A program made the position numbers and the translations under genes. Of a stretch of DNA of 64,000 bases, positions 52,304-60,204 are shown piece by piece. Position 1 is the stretch's first letter. The number at the start of each line of letters is the position of its first letter. Location of the stretch: NCBI GenBank assembly GCA_965214835.1, contig CBDCCK010000002.1, positions 256,001-320,000 of the forward strand, given 5' to 3'. Below the pieces are notes generated by a model. It did not search any database. It was given only the letters and a program-made list of their open reading frames with translations, and was not told the origin of the DNA. Source of the stretch: Nitrosopumilaceae archaeon. GTDB lineage: Archaea > Thermoproteota > Nitrososphaeria > Nitrososphaerales > Nitrosopumilaceae.

Positions 52304-54086
52304 AGGCAGGTCCCTCCCATTTTTTTTGGGAATTGCAGGAATCGCCGTACTGGTGGGGGTGTTTTCCCTTGATCTTGAGGAAACAATACCTGATCCAATC
52401 TCCGGTGACACGAAGCCGGTGACGGATACGGGGGATCAAAAAACAATACCTGATCCAATCTCCGGTGACACATGGCACTCGCAAGGCCAGCCCTCATATG
52501 ATGACAGTCATGGTGCACAGATTGCCTCCTCTCCGGCAATGCCGTCAGCTGCAATCACCGAATCGGCTCCCGACACAATTGGATTTGCAGTCGGGGGCGC
52601 ACAAGACATCGACAACTTTAGGAGGAACATTGAAAACAACTTCCTGCCATTGCACACCGATATCACATACGAGGGATTGTTCTATGACTATTACTTTGAT
52701 ACTGCAAGCACGCAGCACTGTGAAAAGCTATTCTGTCCGTCCTACAGCTCTGCGGTGTCAAGGGATCCGTTTTCTGAGGCTGACGAGCACTATCTGGCAG
52801 TAGGCCTGAACTCCGGAATGAAAGAGTCCGACTTTGAGAGAAAGAAGCTCAACCTGGTCCTAGTCCTTGATGTCTCCGGCTCCATGGGCTCCCCGTTCGA
52901 TCAATATCATTATGATCAGCACGGAAACATAGTTTCCCGCGGTGAGTTTGGGGACGACTATACAAAGCCGAAAATGCAGGTCGCAAACGAGTCAATCGTG
53001 GGCCTGATTGATCACCTGACAGATGATGACAGGCTGGGGGTCGTGCTGTTTGATGACTCTGCGCACATGGCCAGGCCGCTTGAAGGTATGGCAGGAACCG
53101 ACCGTGATGTGCTAAAACAGCATGTCATGGCAGTTTATGCAAGCGGGGGAACCAACATGGCATCCGGCATAAGCCTTGGAACCGACCTGTTTGAGGATGT
53201 ACTGGAGTCTGACCGGTCCGAGTATGAAAACAGGATAATCTTCATGACTGATGCCATGCCAAATGCCGGCGAGACGCGGCAGGGCGGGCTGTTTGACATG
53301 ATACGCAAAAACGCAGAGAAAGGCATCCACACGACGGTAATCGGGATAGGCGTTGATTTTAACACGGAGCTAGTCGAGCACATTACAAAGGTAAGGGGCG
53401 CAAACTATTATTCCGTACACTCGTCATCTGGATTTGCAGAGAGGATGGGTGAGGAGTTTGAGTTCATGGTCACCCCGCTCGTCTTTGATCTGACGCTTAG
53501 CATAGAGTCAGACGGCTATGAGATAAGTGGCGTATATGGCTCGCCCGAGTCAGAGCAGGCGACCGGACAGATAATGAGAGTAAACACATTGTTCCCATCC
53601 CGGACTTTGGACGGCGAGACCCGGGGGGGACTTGTGCTGATAAAGCTTGCAAAGCTGTCAGACGATGCAGCGATACGCCTTACGACGAGCTATGAAGACA
53701 GGGTGGGACAAAAAGACGTGGATTCGGTGACTGTGGCCTTTGATGACGGATTCTATTACCAAAACACCGGAATCCACAAGGGCGTACTGCTGACCAGATA
53801 TGCGGATCTGATGAAGACCTGGGCGTATGATGAGCGCCGATCCCTGGCACATGACATAGCCCCGAGTCCTGCATCCCTGTACGCAGAGGGCATGCATGTT
53901 CCTGACTATGTGGACGACCCACTGGGAGGGTGGGAGAGAAAGTCTAGGCCGCTTGGCGTGTCTGCCCAGTACGGCGATGTGATATCCCGGTTCAACGAGT
54001 ACTTCCAGGGGGAGCTAATCCGGATAGGCGACTTTGAACTGGTTCGGGAGGTAACCCTGATGCAAAAGCTAGAGGGTCTTGCATGA
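52284..54086 (+). CDS. vWA-domain protein (YfbK-like), membrane-anchored
   Basis: MIDAS VLDVSGSM, GGTNM, MTDAMPN, IGIGVDFN. Confidence 0.88.
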   Translation: MHRDWARGRSLPFFLGIAGIAVLVGVFSLDLEETIPDPISGDTKPVTDTGDQKTIPDPISGDTWHSQGQPSYDDSHGAQIASSPAMPSAAITESAPDTIGFAVGGAQDIDNFRRNIENNFLPLHTDITYEGLFYDYYFDTASTQHCEKLFCPSYSSAVSRDPFSEADEHYLAVGLNSGMKESDFERKKLNLVLVLDVSGSMGSPFDQYHYDQHGNIVSRGEFGDDYTKPKMQVANESIVGLIDHLTDDDRLGVVLFDDSAHMARPLEGMAGTDRDVLKQHVMAVYASGGTNMASGISLGTDLFEDVLESDRSEYENRIIFMTDAMPNAGETRQGGLFDMIRKNAEKGIHTTVIGIGVDFNTELVEHITKVRGANYYSVHSSSGFAERMGEEFEFMVTPLVFDLTLSIESDGYEISGVYGSPESEQATGQIMRVNTLFPSRTLDGETRGGLVLIKLAKLSDDAAIRLTTSYEDRVGQKDVDSVTVAFDDGFYYQNTGIHKGVLLTRYADLMKTWAYDERRSLAHDIAPSPASLYAEGMHVPDYVDDPLGGWERKSRPLGVSAQYGDVISRFNEYFQGELIRIGDFELVREVTLMQKLEGLA

Positions 54087-54255
54087 AGTTTATCGTGCCC
54101 TAGGGCGCTCCGACAGCCGGAGGATGCCAAAAACCCGGCCGCTGTTTTTTGATGGTCCCCGGGGTGCCGGCCTAGGTTCTATAACGATTAGAGTCAATCC
54201 AAGAATAGATGCTAAAACTAAACTAAACTATTCATTTACTCCCGCAAAGAAAACT

Positions 54256-54537
54256 ATGTCGTTTGCAAAAAGTATACTTGCGTTATTGGTAGTGGCATCA
54301 CTTGTAACATTGCTATCAAAAGCATGTGTGCCAATGGCAGATAATTGTCCTTGGATTCCATCCGTCATTGACCCTGATTTTCTTTCAACTAAAATATTAG
54401 AAATTGATTTAGCTGTAATGGGAGCTTCGTTAGTTATTGTAGGTCTGATCAGTAATCTTGAAGTACGTGACAAATTCAAGATTTTCTTCTTCATTCCAAT
54501 AGGTTTAGCCATAATTGCTGTAATTCTAAAAATCTGA
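54256..54537 (+). CDS. AT-rich small membrane protein
   Basis: Three hydrophobic segments; visibly lower GC than neighbouring genes. Confidence 0.5.
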   Translation: MSFAKSILALLVVASLVTLLSKACVPMADNCPWIPSVIDPDFLSTKILEIDLAVMGASLVIVGLISNLEVRDKFKIFFFIPIGLAIIAVILKI

Positions 54538-54773
54538 ATTGGACGCTATCGTTATTAGTGAGCCCATCATTGCCATGTTGAGCACCATGGGACGAATTAC
54601 TAACGAAGCGCGCAATCTAAAACTAGATGCAAAGAGGCTTTTCAATTGTGAAAAGAACTTGCTACATTACATTATAAAATCCAATGTAAACCTAGAAGCA
54701 AATAAAGCCAACTAAACCATCTCATCTTTTAATTTGCACAACATCAGATCCTCTGTAAAATCAGGTGTGAACG

Positions 54774-54901
54774 GGGTTGTCGCCTAATTCACCAGAATTC
54801 CTGAAAACCATTGAGTTGCAATATGGATCAGGCGTGCAAAAGGGCGGAAATTCAGAAAAACGTGCAGATTGAGCCAAATAAGTGGAATTAGGAAACAGCC
54901 T
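54774..54901. mobile_element. ~128-bp MITE-like element (family E)
   Basis: GGGTTGTCGCCTAATTC / GAATTAGGAAACAGCCT; the same end occurs at 40629 and beside the transposase remnant at 63383. Confidence 0.6.
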
Positions 54902-54924
54902 CCATGGCCTAGTGGATGTTGAGT

Positions 54925-55194
54925 CTATCCGGGTCTAGGCAAAGATACTGCGTATGCATGGAAAGAAGCCACGCATACAAGTGCTATCCAAAACGAGATG
55001 ATCAATGTGAAACGATTCGATCTGTTCAGAAACGACACCGCTGCAACAGAGACACCAAAGAACGAAGCTGTCAGCATAGGTAGTAAAAGCAATAACCCCA
55101 GTCCAGGTTCAAGTGGTGCTATTATGAAAAAGGTTGTGATTAATGGCAGTGTAGCCACCAGACTGCATATCAGAAAGCCCCGCTTGCTCAGCAA
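54925..55194 (-). CDS. small three-TM membrane protein
   Basis: Hydrophobic ORF directly downstream of 55210-55616. Confidence 0.55.
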   Translation of the reverse strand: MLSKRGFLICSLVATLPLITTFFIIAPLEPGLGLLLLLPMLTASFFGVSVAAVSFLNRSNRFTLIISFWIALVCVASFHAYAVSLPRPG

Positions 55195-55209
55195 TTCAAA
55201 AAAAATGGG

Positions 55210-55616
55210 TCATGAACAGCTTATGACTGTTGCATATCCGTCGTTATAGGCGGTGTTTTCCACAATGTCGTTCTTTACCGTCTTCCGAGTGTACTGGTTT
55301 CCAAGATAGTGCGAGTCCTGTGCCGTGCTCCAGCAACTGCCGGAAAACCCACCTGCGACCTCATCTTCTGCACTATCAAACCCCTTCAGGGAGTGATACA
55401 ATCCACCATATGTGAATATGTCATATTCCGTATAGTCTGGCCCGGAGCTGGAGATGTGCTGAATGTCGATGCTGTCCCAGGGAAGCTTGAAATTCAGGTC
55501 TTCCTCGTGTGCGGAACCGATCATGGAATCATGATTGATCTCCCATGCCCTGATGTGATACTGGTCGCAAAGCCCTCCCGTGTTGTCGAAATAGTGCCTG
55601 TCCTGTTCTGTCCATG
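55210..55616 (-). pseudogene. 5'-truncated gene (LssY C-terminal-like motifs)
   Basis: QYHIRAW, SAHEE, FDSAEDEVA, NDGYA; the upstream ORF part is family A repeat sequence. Confidence 0.5.
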
Positions 55617-55755
55617 GTAAGAGTTTACCCCTACCCAGAGATACGGCGTGGCAGGCGTGATCATGCAGGCTCCGACCAGCAGTGTCGCCTGAGGGGTAAA
55701 CTCCCATATCAAATTATGCTGATTCCCTGCATGGGCCACTGCGAGTGTGCGTTTC

Positions 55756-56853
55756 TCAGTCAGACGCATTCACTAGACATTCCATCATTTTATACTTTCT
55801 CTGCGTGAGCTCCTTGTTCTGCGTGCGGTATTCCGTTTCGTTAGTCAGCATGTACCAGATCACCTTTGCAAGCGTTCTGGCCACTGCTACCTTGGCCTTT
55901 TGCTTTCCCCTGCGTCGGGCTATTCTGTCGTACCTTTCACCCATCCTGCTGTCGTGCTGTACCGCTACCGTGGCCGCGTTGACAATGGCGTATCGAAGCC
56001 ATGCAGAACCCGTCCTGGTTATTGGTCCGCCCCGTATGGTCTCGCCGCTGTTGCGGTGTGACGGTACCAGGCCCGCGTATGCTGCAAGCTTTTCTGCGGT
56101 GGGAAACCTTCGTATGTCCACTATTTCGGATATTATGGCAAGTGCGGTAACGTGGCTTATTCCCGGAACCGTCATCATGAGCCTGGTCCTGGGATCGTCC
56201 CTGCAGATGGCGGCAATCTTGCGCTCAAATCCTGTCGCCTGCTGCTGCAGCATCTCAATCCTGTCCAGTCCCATGCCTATCATCGTCCTGTCCATCTCCG
56301 ACATGTCATGGTCCCCGCAGTCCCTGCAAAGCTCGTGCATCCACTGGATTCCCTGTACGGTGAACCTGCCCTTGGTGGGCGGTATTGCCGCGTATTTTGC
56401 AAGTATGGCAGTTATCTTGTTCTTCTCGCCGGTGCCCATTCGTACCGCGTCGATCCTGGCCCTTGAAAGGAAGCGCAGATCCCTGTAGTATCTGTCGGGC
56501 ACGAACGACTCGTACACCATGTCCATCCTGAGCAGATTTGCCAGTACCTCCGAGTCTACTTTATCATCCTTTAGCTTTGCCTGCGCTATTGCCCGGGTCT
56601 TGGCAGGATACGCCAGCTGCGTGTCTATCTTGTTGTCCTCAAGCATGTCATGCGGCAGGATCCAGTAGTTTCCCGTCGCCTCACAGACTGCACGGATCTT
56701 GTGTTTTGCGTATTTCTTTTTGATCTGCCCAATAAATCCCCTTATTCCGTCGGCCGTGTTGGAAAACTCCGTCTGTTCCAGGGTCTTGGCAGCCCGGCCC
56801 TTGATGGCTGCCACGCACGTCTTTTTATGAACGTCTATTCCTATGTTGATCAT
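55756..56853 (-). CDS. IS110-family DEDD recombinase/transposase
   Basis: IGIDVHK, CEATG, KDDKVDS (DEDD); YAGLVPSHRNSG catalytic Ser; GGAGGTGA SD precedes ATG at 56853. Confidence 0.95.
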   Translation of the reverse strand: MINIGIDVHKKTCVAAIKGRAAKTLEQTEFSNTADGIRGFIGQIKKKYAKHKIRAVCEATGNYWILPHDMLEDNKIDTQLAYPAKTRAIAQAKLKDDKVDSEVLANLLRMDMVYESFVPDRYYRDLRFLSRARIDAVRMGTGEKNKITAILAKYAAIPPTKGRFTVQGIQWMHELCRDCGDHDMSEMDRTMIGMGLDRIEMLQQQATGFERKIAAICRDDPRTRLMMTVPGISHVTALAIISEIVDIRRFPTAEKLAAYAGLVPSHRNSGETIRGGPITRTGSAWLRYAIVNAATVAVQHDSRMGERYDRIARRRGKQKAKVAVARTLAKVIWYMLTNETEYRTQNKELTQRKYKMMECLVNASD

Positions 56854-56889
56854 TATATCACCTCCCTGCTGATCAAAGTGTGTGTGCCC

Positions 56890-57025
56890 AACTGTGCGGA
56901 AAACTCCCATTCGCCCTCGATGTGGCATTTCGTTGTCCGCCTACTCTGAGCCAGTCTCTTACGCGCCCTCATACGTGGCAAGTTTACTTCGGCTCTTGGG
57001 CCCAACATGGAATATATGGCATCCG
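56890..57025 (-). ncRNA. bridge/seek RNA of the IS110 element (ends approximate)
   Basis: Two stem-internal loop-stem units (GAGCC/GGCTC and GCGGA/TCCGC, each with inner TGCC/GGCG) whose loops match the target and donor sequences. Confidence 0.85.
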
Positions 57026-57116
57026 CTACAGATAAGATTTGATATAACGTCTCTTACGGTGTCAGGGGAAGAATCAAAAATTCGTGACCAAGGCAAATAA
57101 AAAAAAGGTGTGAGCT

Positions 57117-57737
57117 TTATTGTGCCTGGGAGAGCCTGCTGTTGACCTCGTCCCAGTTGACCACATTCCACCAAGCAGATATGTAGTCCGGACGCTTGTT
57201 CTGATACTTTAGATAGTACGCGTGCTCCCAGACATCACATCCAAGCAGTGGAACCAGCCCCTCAGTCCTAGGACTGGTCTGGTTCGGCATTGTTCTGAAC
57301 TCTACCTTGGAGGCAGACGGATTGTAGACCAGCCATCCCCAGCCACTGCCCTGAATGACTGCAGTACTTGACGAGAACTTTTCCTTAAAGTCTGCAAAGC
57401 CTCCAAAGGATGCATTGATTGCGTCTGCAACCGCTCCCCCCGGCTCTCCGCCACCGTTTGGCTTCATGTTGTTCCAGAACAGCCTGTGGTTGTCGTATCC
57501 GCCGCCGTTGAAATTGACTGCCCCCCTTTGTGCCTCGGGGATCTGATTCAGATCAGATAGGATTTCGACAATGTCCTTGTTCTGGACATCCTCAGGACAG
57601 CTCTCCAAGGCCGCGTTTAGCTTGTTGGTGTATGTCTGATGATGCTTGGAGTGGTGAATCTCCATGGTGCGTGCGTCAAGATGCGGCTCTAGCGCATCGT
57701 AGGCATACGGCACCTCTGGAAGTGTGTATTTTCCCAT
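57117..57737 (-). CDS. sod: Fe/Mn superoxide dismutase
   Basis: IHHSKHH, NHRLFW, GSGWGWL, DVWEHAYY. Confidence 0.97.
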   Translation of the reverse strand: MGKYTLPEVPYAYDALEPHLDARTMEIHHSKHHQTYTNKLNAALESCPEDVQNKDIVEILSDLNQIPEAQRGAVNFNGGGYDNHRLFWNNMKPNGGGEPGGAVADAINASFGGFADFKEKFSSSTAVIQGSGWGWLVYNPSASKVEFRTMPNQTSPRTEGLVPLLGCDVWEHAYYLKYQNKRPDYISAWWNVVNWDEVNSRLSQAQ

Positions 57738-57787
57738 AGGTTACATGATCATCCCATTCCATTTATTGGTTTAGTAGGCAGTAGCCT

Positions 57788-57855
57788 GCTGTATGACCCC
57801 GATTTTAGGCGCAAAAGACTGGCTGTTCTTACGCGTTCAGGCGGGGTTGTGCAGC
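57788..57855. repeat. ~68-bp inverted-repeat element, family B, copy 3
   Basis: GCTGTATGACCCCG / CGGGGTTGTGCAGC ends; ATTTTAGGCGCAAAA...TTACGCGTTCAGGC interior. Confidence 0.7.
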
Positions 57856-58152
57856 TAGCAGGCAGTTGGGGCCAAGTCCCCGGCAGATGCGTCTCTGATC
57901 ATGCCCACCACACTGCATCCCGGGGGCGCTAGGTCATGACACACGTCATTGTCATGCCGGGCGTCCGTCCGCTGACAGTCCGCATTCCGTACCGCATCTT
58001 GCGCGCGATCGCTGCAGGCTAGTGCGTACATCAAAAAATGAATCGTATTTTTGGCATTCGTGCCTGTTTTGATAAAAAATGATCCGCTCTCGGCTGTACG
58101 CACTGCAGCAGGCGGGCAATTAGTTTTTACCTGAACAGGGACTAGTAAGACT

Positions 58153-60204
58153 GTGAACATCCCAAGGGCTGTTTTTGGCGCAGTTGTACTGTCCGTGATT
58201 TTTGCAGTGTCACTTGGCCTGGACTTTGACTCCAGGCCGGAGCTGCTGCTAGACAAGAGCGTCCCATACATAGGCGCAGACGGGATCCAGTCCATGGGAT
58301 ACTCCGGGGAGGGGGTGACCGTTGCGGTCATAGATACCGGGATTGACTTTGCGCACCCGGATCTTCACGGGTTCTCGGATAACGGCAAGGTCGTGGGGGG
58401 CCATAACTTTGTAAACGAGTCCGAGCCGCCCAACGACAGAAACGGCCACGGAACTCAGGTTGCAGGAATAATTGCGGCAAGCGGCAGTGTCACGGGCATT
58501 GCGCCGGACTCGAAGATACTGTCCTACAAGGTCTCAGATGACGGCGAGTCAGTCTCCTCGGAGCTTATCACAAGGGCCATCCACAGGGCGGTTCAGGATG
58601 GTGCGGACATAATAAACATCAGCCTGGGCGTAAACAAGACCAACTCAAGGATTGACTCGGCAGTCAACGAGGCAGTGGAGGGGGGAGTCCTTGTGGTCGT
58701 AGCTGCGGGAAACGACGGCCCGATGCCTGAGACCATAGGAAGCCCGGGGGGGAACCCAAACGCGGTTACGGTCGGGGCAACCTACAACAACATCACCTCA
58801 AGCCTGGTATCCACCCTGGATATCGGTGGCAGGCAGTACCAGGTAATCCCGATGCTGGGTGTAGGCGCAATACAGGAGCCGATCACGGGGGAGATAGTCT
58901 TTGGCAACTACAGCAGGGACTATGACTATGAACCCGTCGATGCTGCAGGCTCGATAGTGCTAGCAGAGCGTGGAAGCGACAGGGATTATGAGATCGTGTA
59001 CTTTGCAGAAAAGGAGTTCAATGCCGCAAATGCGGGCGCAAGTGCAGTGGTGGTATACAACAACGAGCCCGGACTGTACCTGGGGGACGTGTCCGAAAGC
59101 ACGACCATCGAGGGCTATGCCCCGAGAATCCCAATAGTCTCGCTGTCACAAAAGGACGGAATGGAGATCATAGAAACACTGAATGAAAACCCCGAGGGAG
59201 TCCTAAACGTGTTTTACAACCCGGACTATGTCGCGTTTTTTAGCTCAAGGGGGCCGGCATCGCCGTTCTTTGTCAAGCCCGACCTGGTAGCACCCGGGGC
59301 CTTTATCAACTCCACGGATGTCGGCGGGATCTACAACTTTTCAAGCGGGACGAGCTTTGCGGCGCCGCATGTGGCAGGCTCGGCCGCGCTGCTCTTGGAA
59401 AAACACCCGGGGATTGGACCAGGCGAGCTGAAATCCCTGCTTGCAACGACGACGGTTCCGGTAACTGACGCATACGGTAACAACTTCCCGGTGGCAGATG
59501 CCGGCGCGGGAAGGCTGGATCTGGAGAACGCATTTAATGCGGAGATCATAGTAGAGCCGACGTTTCTGGTCATGGCATTCTCGCCTGCCGAAAGGGAGCA
59601 GGCTGCAAATCTGTCGCTAGGCAGAATCGGCGGGGGGGAGGTAGGCGGCATCTCTGTGAGCATCGAGTCGCCGGAGTTCGTCAAGACCGAGCATGCCTTT
59701 GACGGGCGAACCTTGGAGGTCAGGGGCAGGATTTCTGATGCAGAGTTTAAGGACTATGAGGGCATGATCAACATCGGACACGGCGATGCAAAGTACAGGA
59801 TCCCGGTCATCTTCAAGTACACGCAGGGATCAGTGGTATTGGAGGAGGAGCAGGGGCTGATCAGCGTCGAGGTCGTCGAGCCTGGGAACTGGAAGTATGC
59901 AAAAATCTCGGTAATCAACAAGGAGACGGGCGAGTCCTCGACCACGTCGCTGACGCCAAGGCGCGACTCGACGATAACGATCCCAGATCCGGGGGAATAC
60001 TGGATAGAGTCCAGCATAAGTGCAGGCGGGCAGACGCAGTACGCATATGATGCGGTTCATGTCCAGACGGTGCGGTCCTCAGGCGCCGGAATACTCTCTG
60101 CCCTCGGTCTTCCAGAGGGGCCGGTATACATAGCGGCGATCATTGCCTCAATGGTGGCACTTGCCGGAATCAGGTTCCGGGCCTCAGGCAGGTGCGGCGT
60201 CTAG
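58153..60204 (+). CDS. S8 (subtilisin-like) serine peptidase with PA domain
   Basis: VIDTGID, NGHGT, AAGN, SGTSFAAPHVAG; PA insert; C-terminal TM. Confidence 0.93.
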   Translation: MNIPRAVFGAVVLSVIFAVSLGLDFDSRPELLLDKSVPYIGADGIQSMGYSGEGVTVAVIDTGIDFAHPDLHGFSDNGKVVGGHNFVNESEPPNDRNGHGTQVAGIIAASGSVTGIAPDSKILSYKVSDDGESVSSELITRAIHRAVQDGADIINISLGVNKTNSRIDSAVNEAVEGGVLVVVAAGNDGPMPETIGSPGGNPNAVTVGATYNNITSSLVSTLDIGGRQYQVIPMLGVGAIQEPITGEIVFGNYSRDYDYEPVDAAGSIVLAERGSDRDYEIVYFAEKEFNAANAGASAVVVYNNEPGLYLGDVSESTTIEGYAPRIPIVSLSQKDGMEIIETLNENPEGVLNVFYNPDYVAFFSSRGPASPFFVKPDLVAPGAFINSTDVGGIYNFSSGTSFAAPHVAGSAALLLEKHPGIGPGELKSLLATTTVPVTDAYGNNFPVADAGAGRLDLENAFNAEIIVEPTFLVMAFSPAEREQAANLSLGRIGGGEVGGISVSIESPEFVKTEHAFDGRTLEVRGRISDAEFKDYEGMINIGHGDAKYRIPVIFKYTQGSVVLEEEQGLISVEVVEPGNWKYAKISVINKETGESSTTSLTPRRDSTITIPDPGEYWIESSISAGGQTQYAYDAVHVQTVRSSGAGILSALGLPEGPVYIAAIIASMVALAGIRFRASGRCGV

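Larger units (their letters stand above)
55703..57052 (-). mobile_element. IS110/IS1111-family element (1,350 bp)
   Basis: CT core at 55701-02 and 57051-52; sub-terminal IR ATATCAAAT (55706-14) / ATTTGATAT (57037-45); DEDD recombinase; long 5' non-coding end. Confidence 0.92.
55617..57057 (+). repeat. ~90-bp repeat family A, copy 6, split by IS110 (55617-55702 plus 57053-57057)
   Basis: GTAAGAGTTTACCCC...GGGGTAAACT | IS | CTTAC; removing the IS restores GGGGTAAACTCTTAC. Confidence 0.9.

Noticed and set aside
56854-56928. N-terminal extension of the IS110 ORF in the ORF track
   Set aside because: It overlaps the donor loop of the ncRNA; an SD precedes ATG 56853 and the DEDD domain starts there.
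57870-57930. Additional degenerate family A copy
   Set aside because: Only TGATCATGCCCACCAC resembles the interior and the arms are missing; too weak to call.
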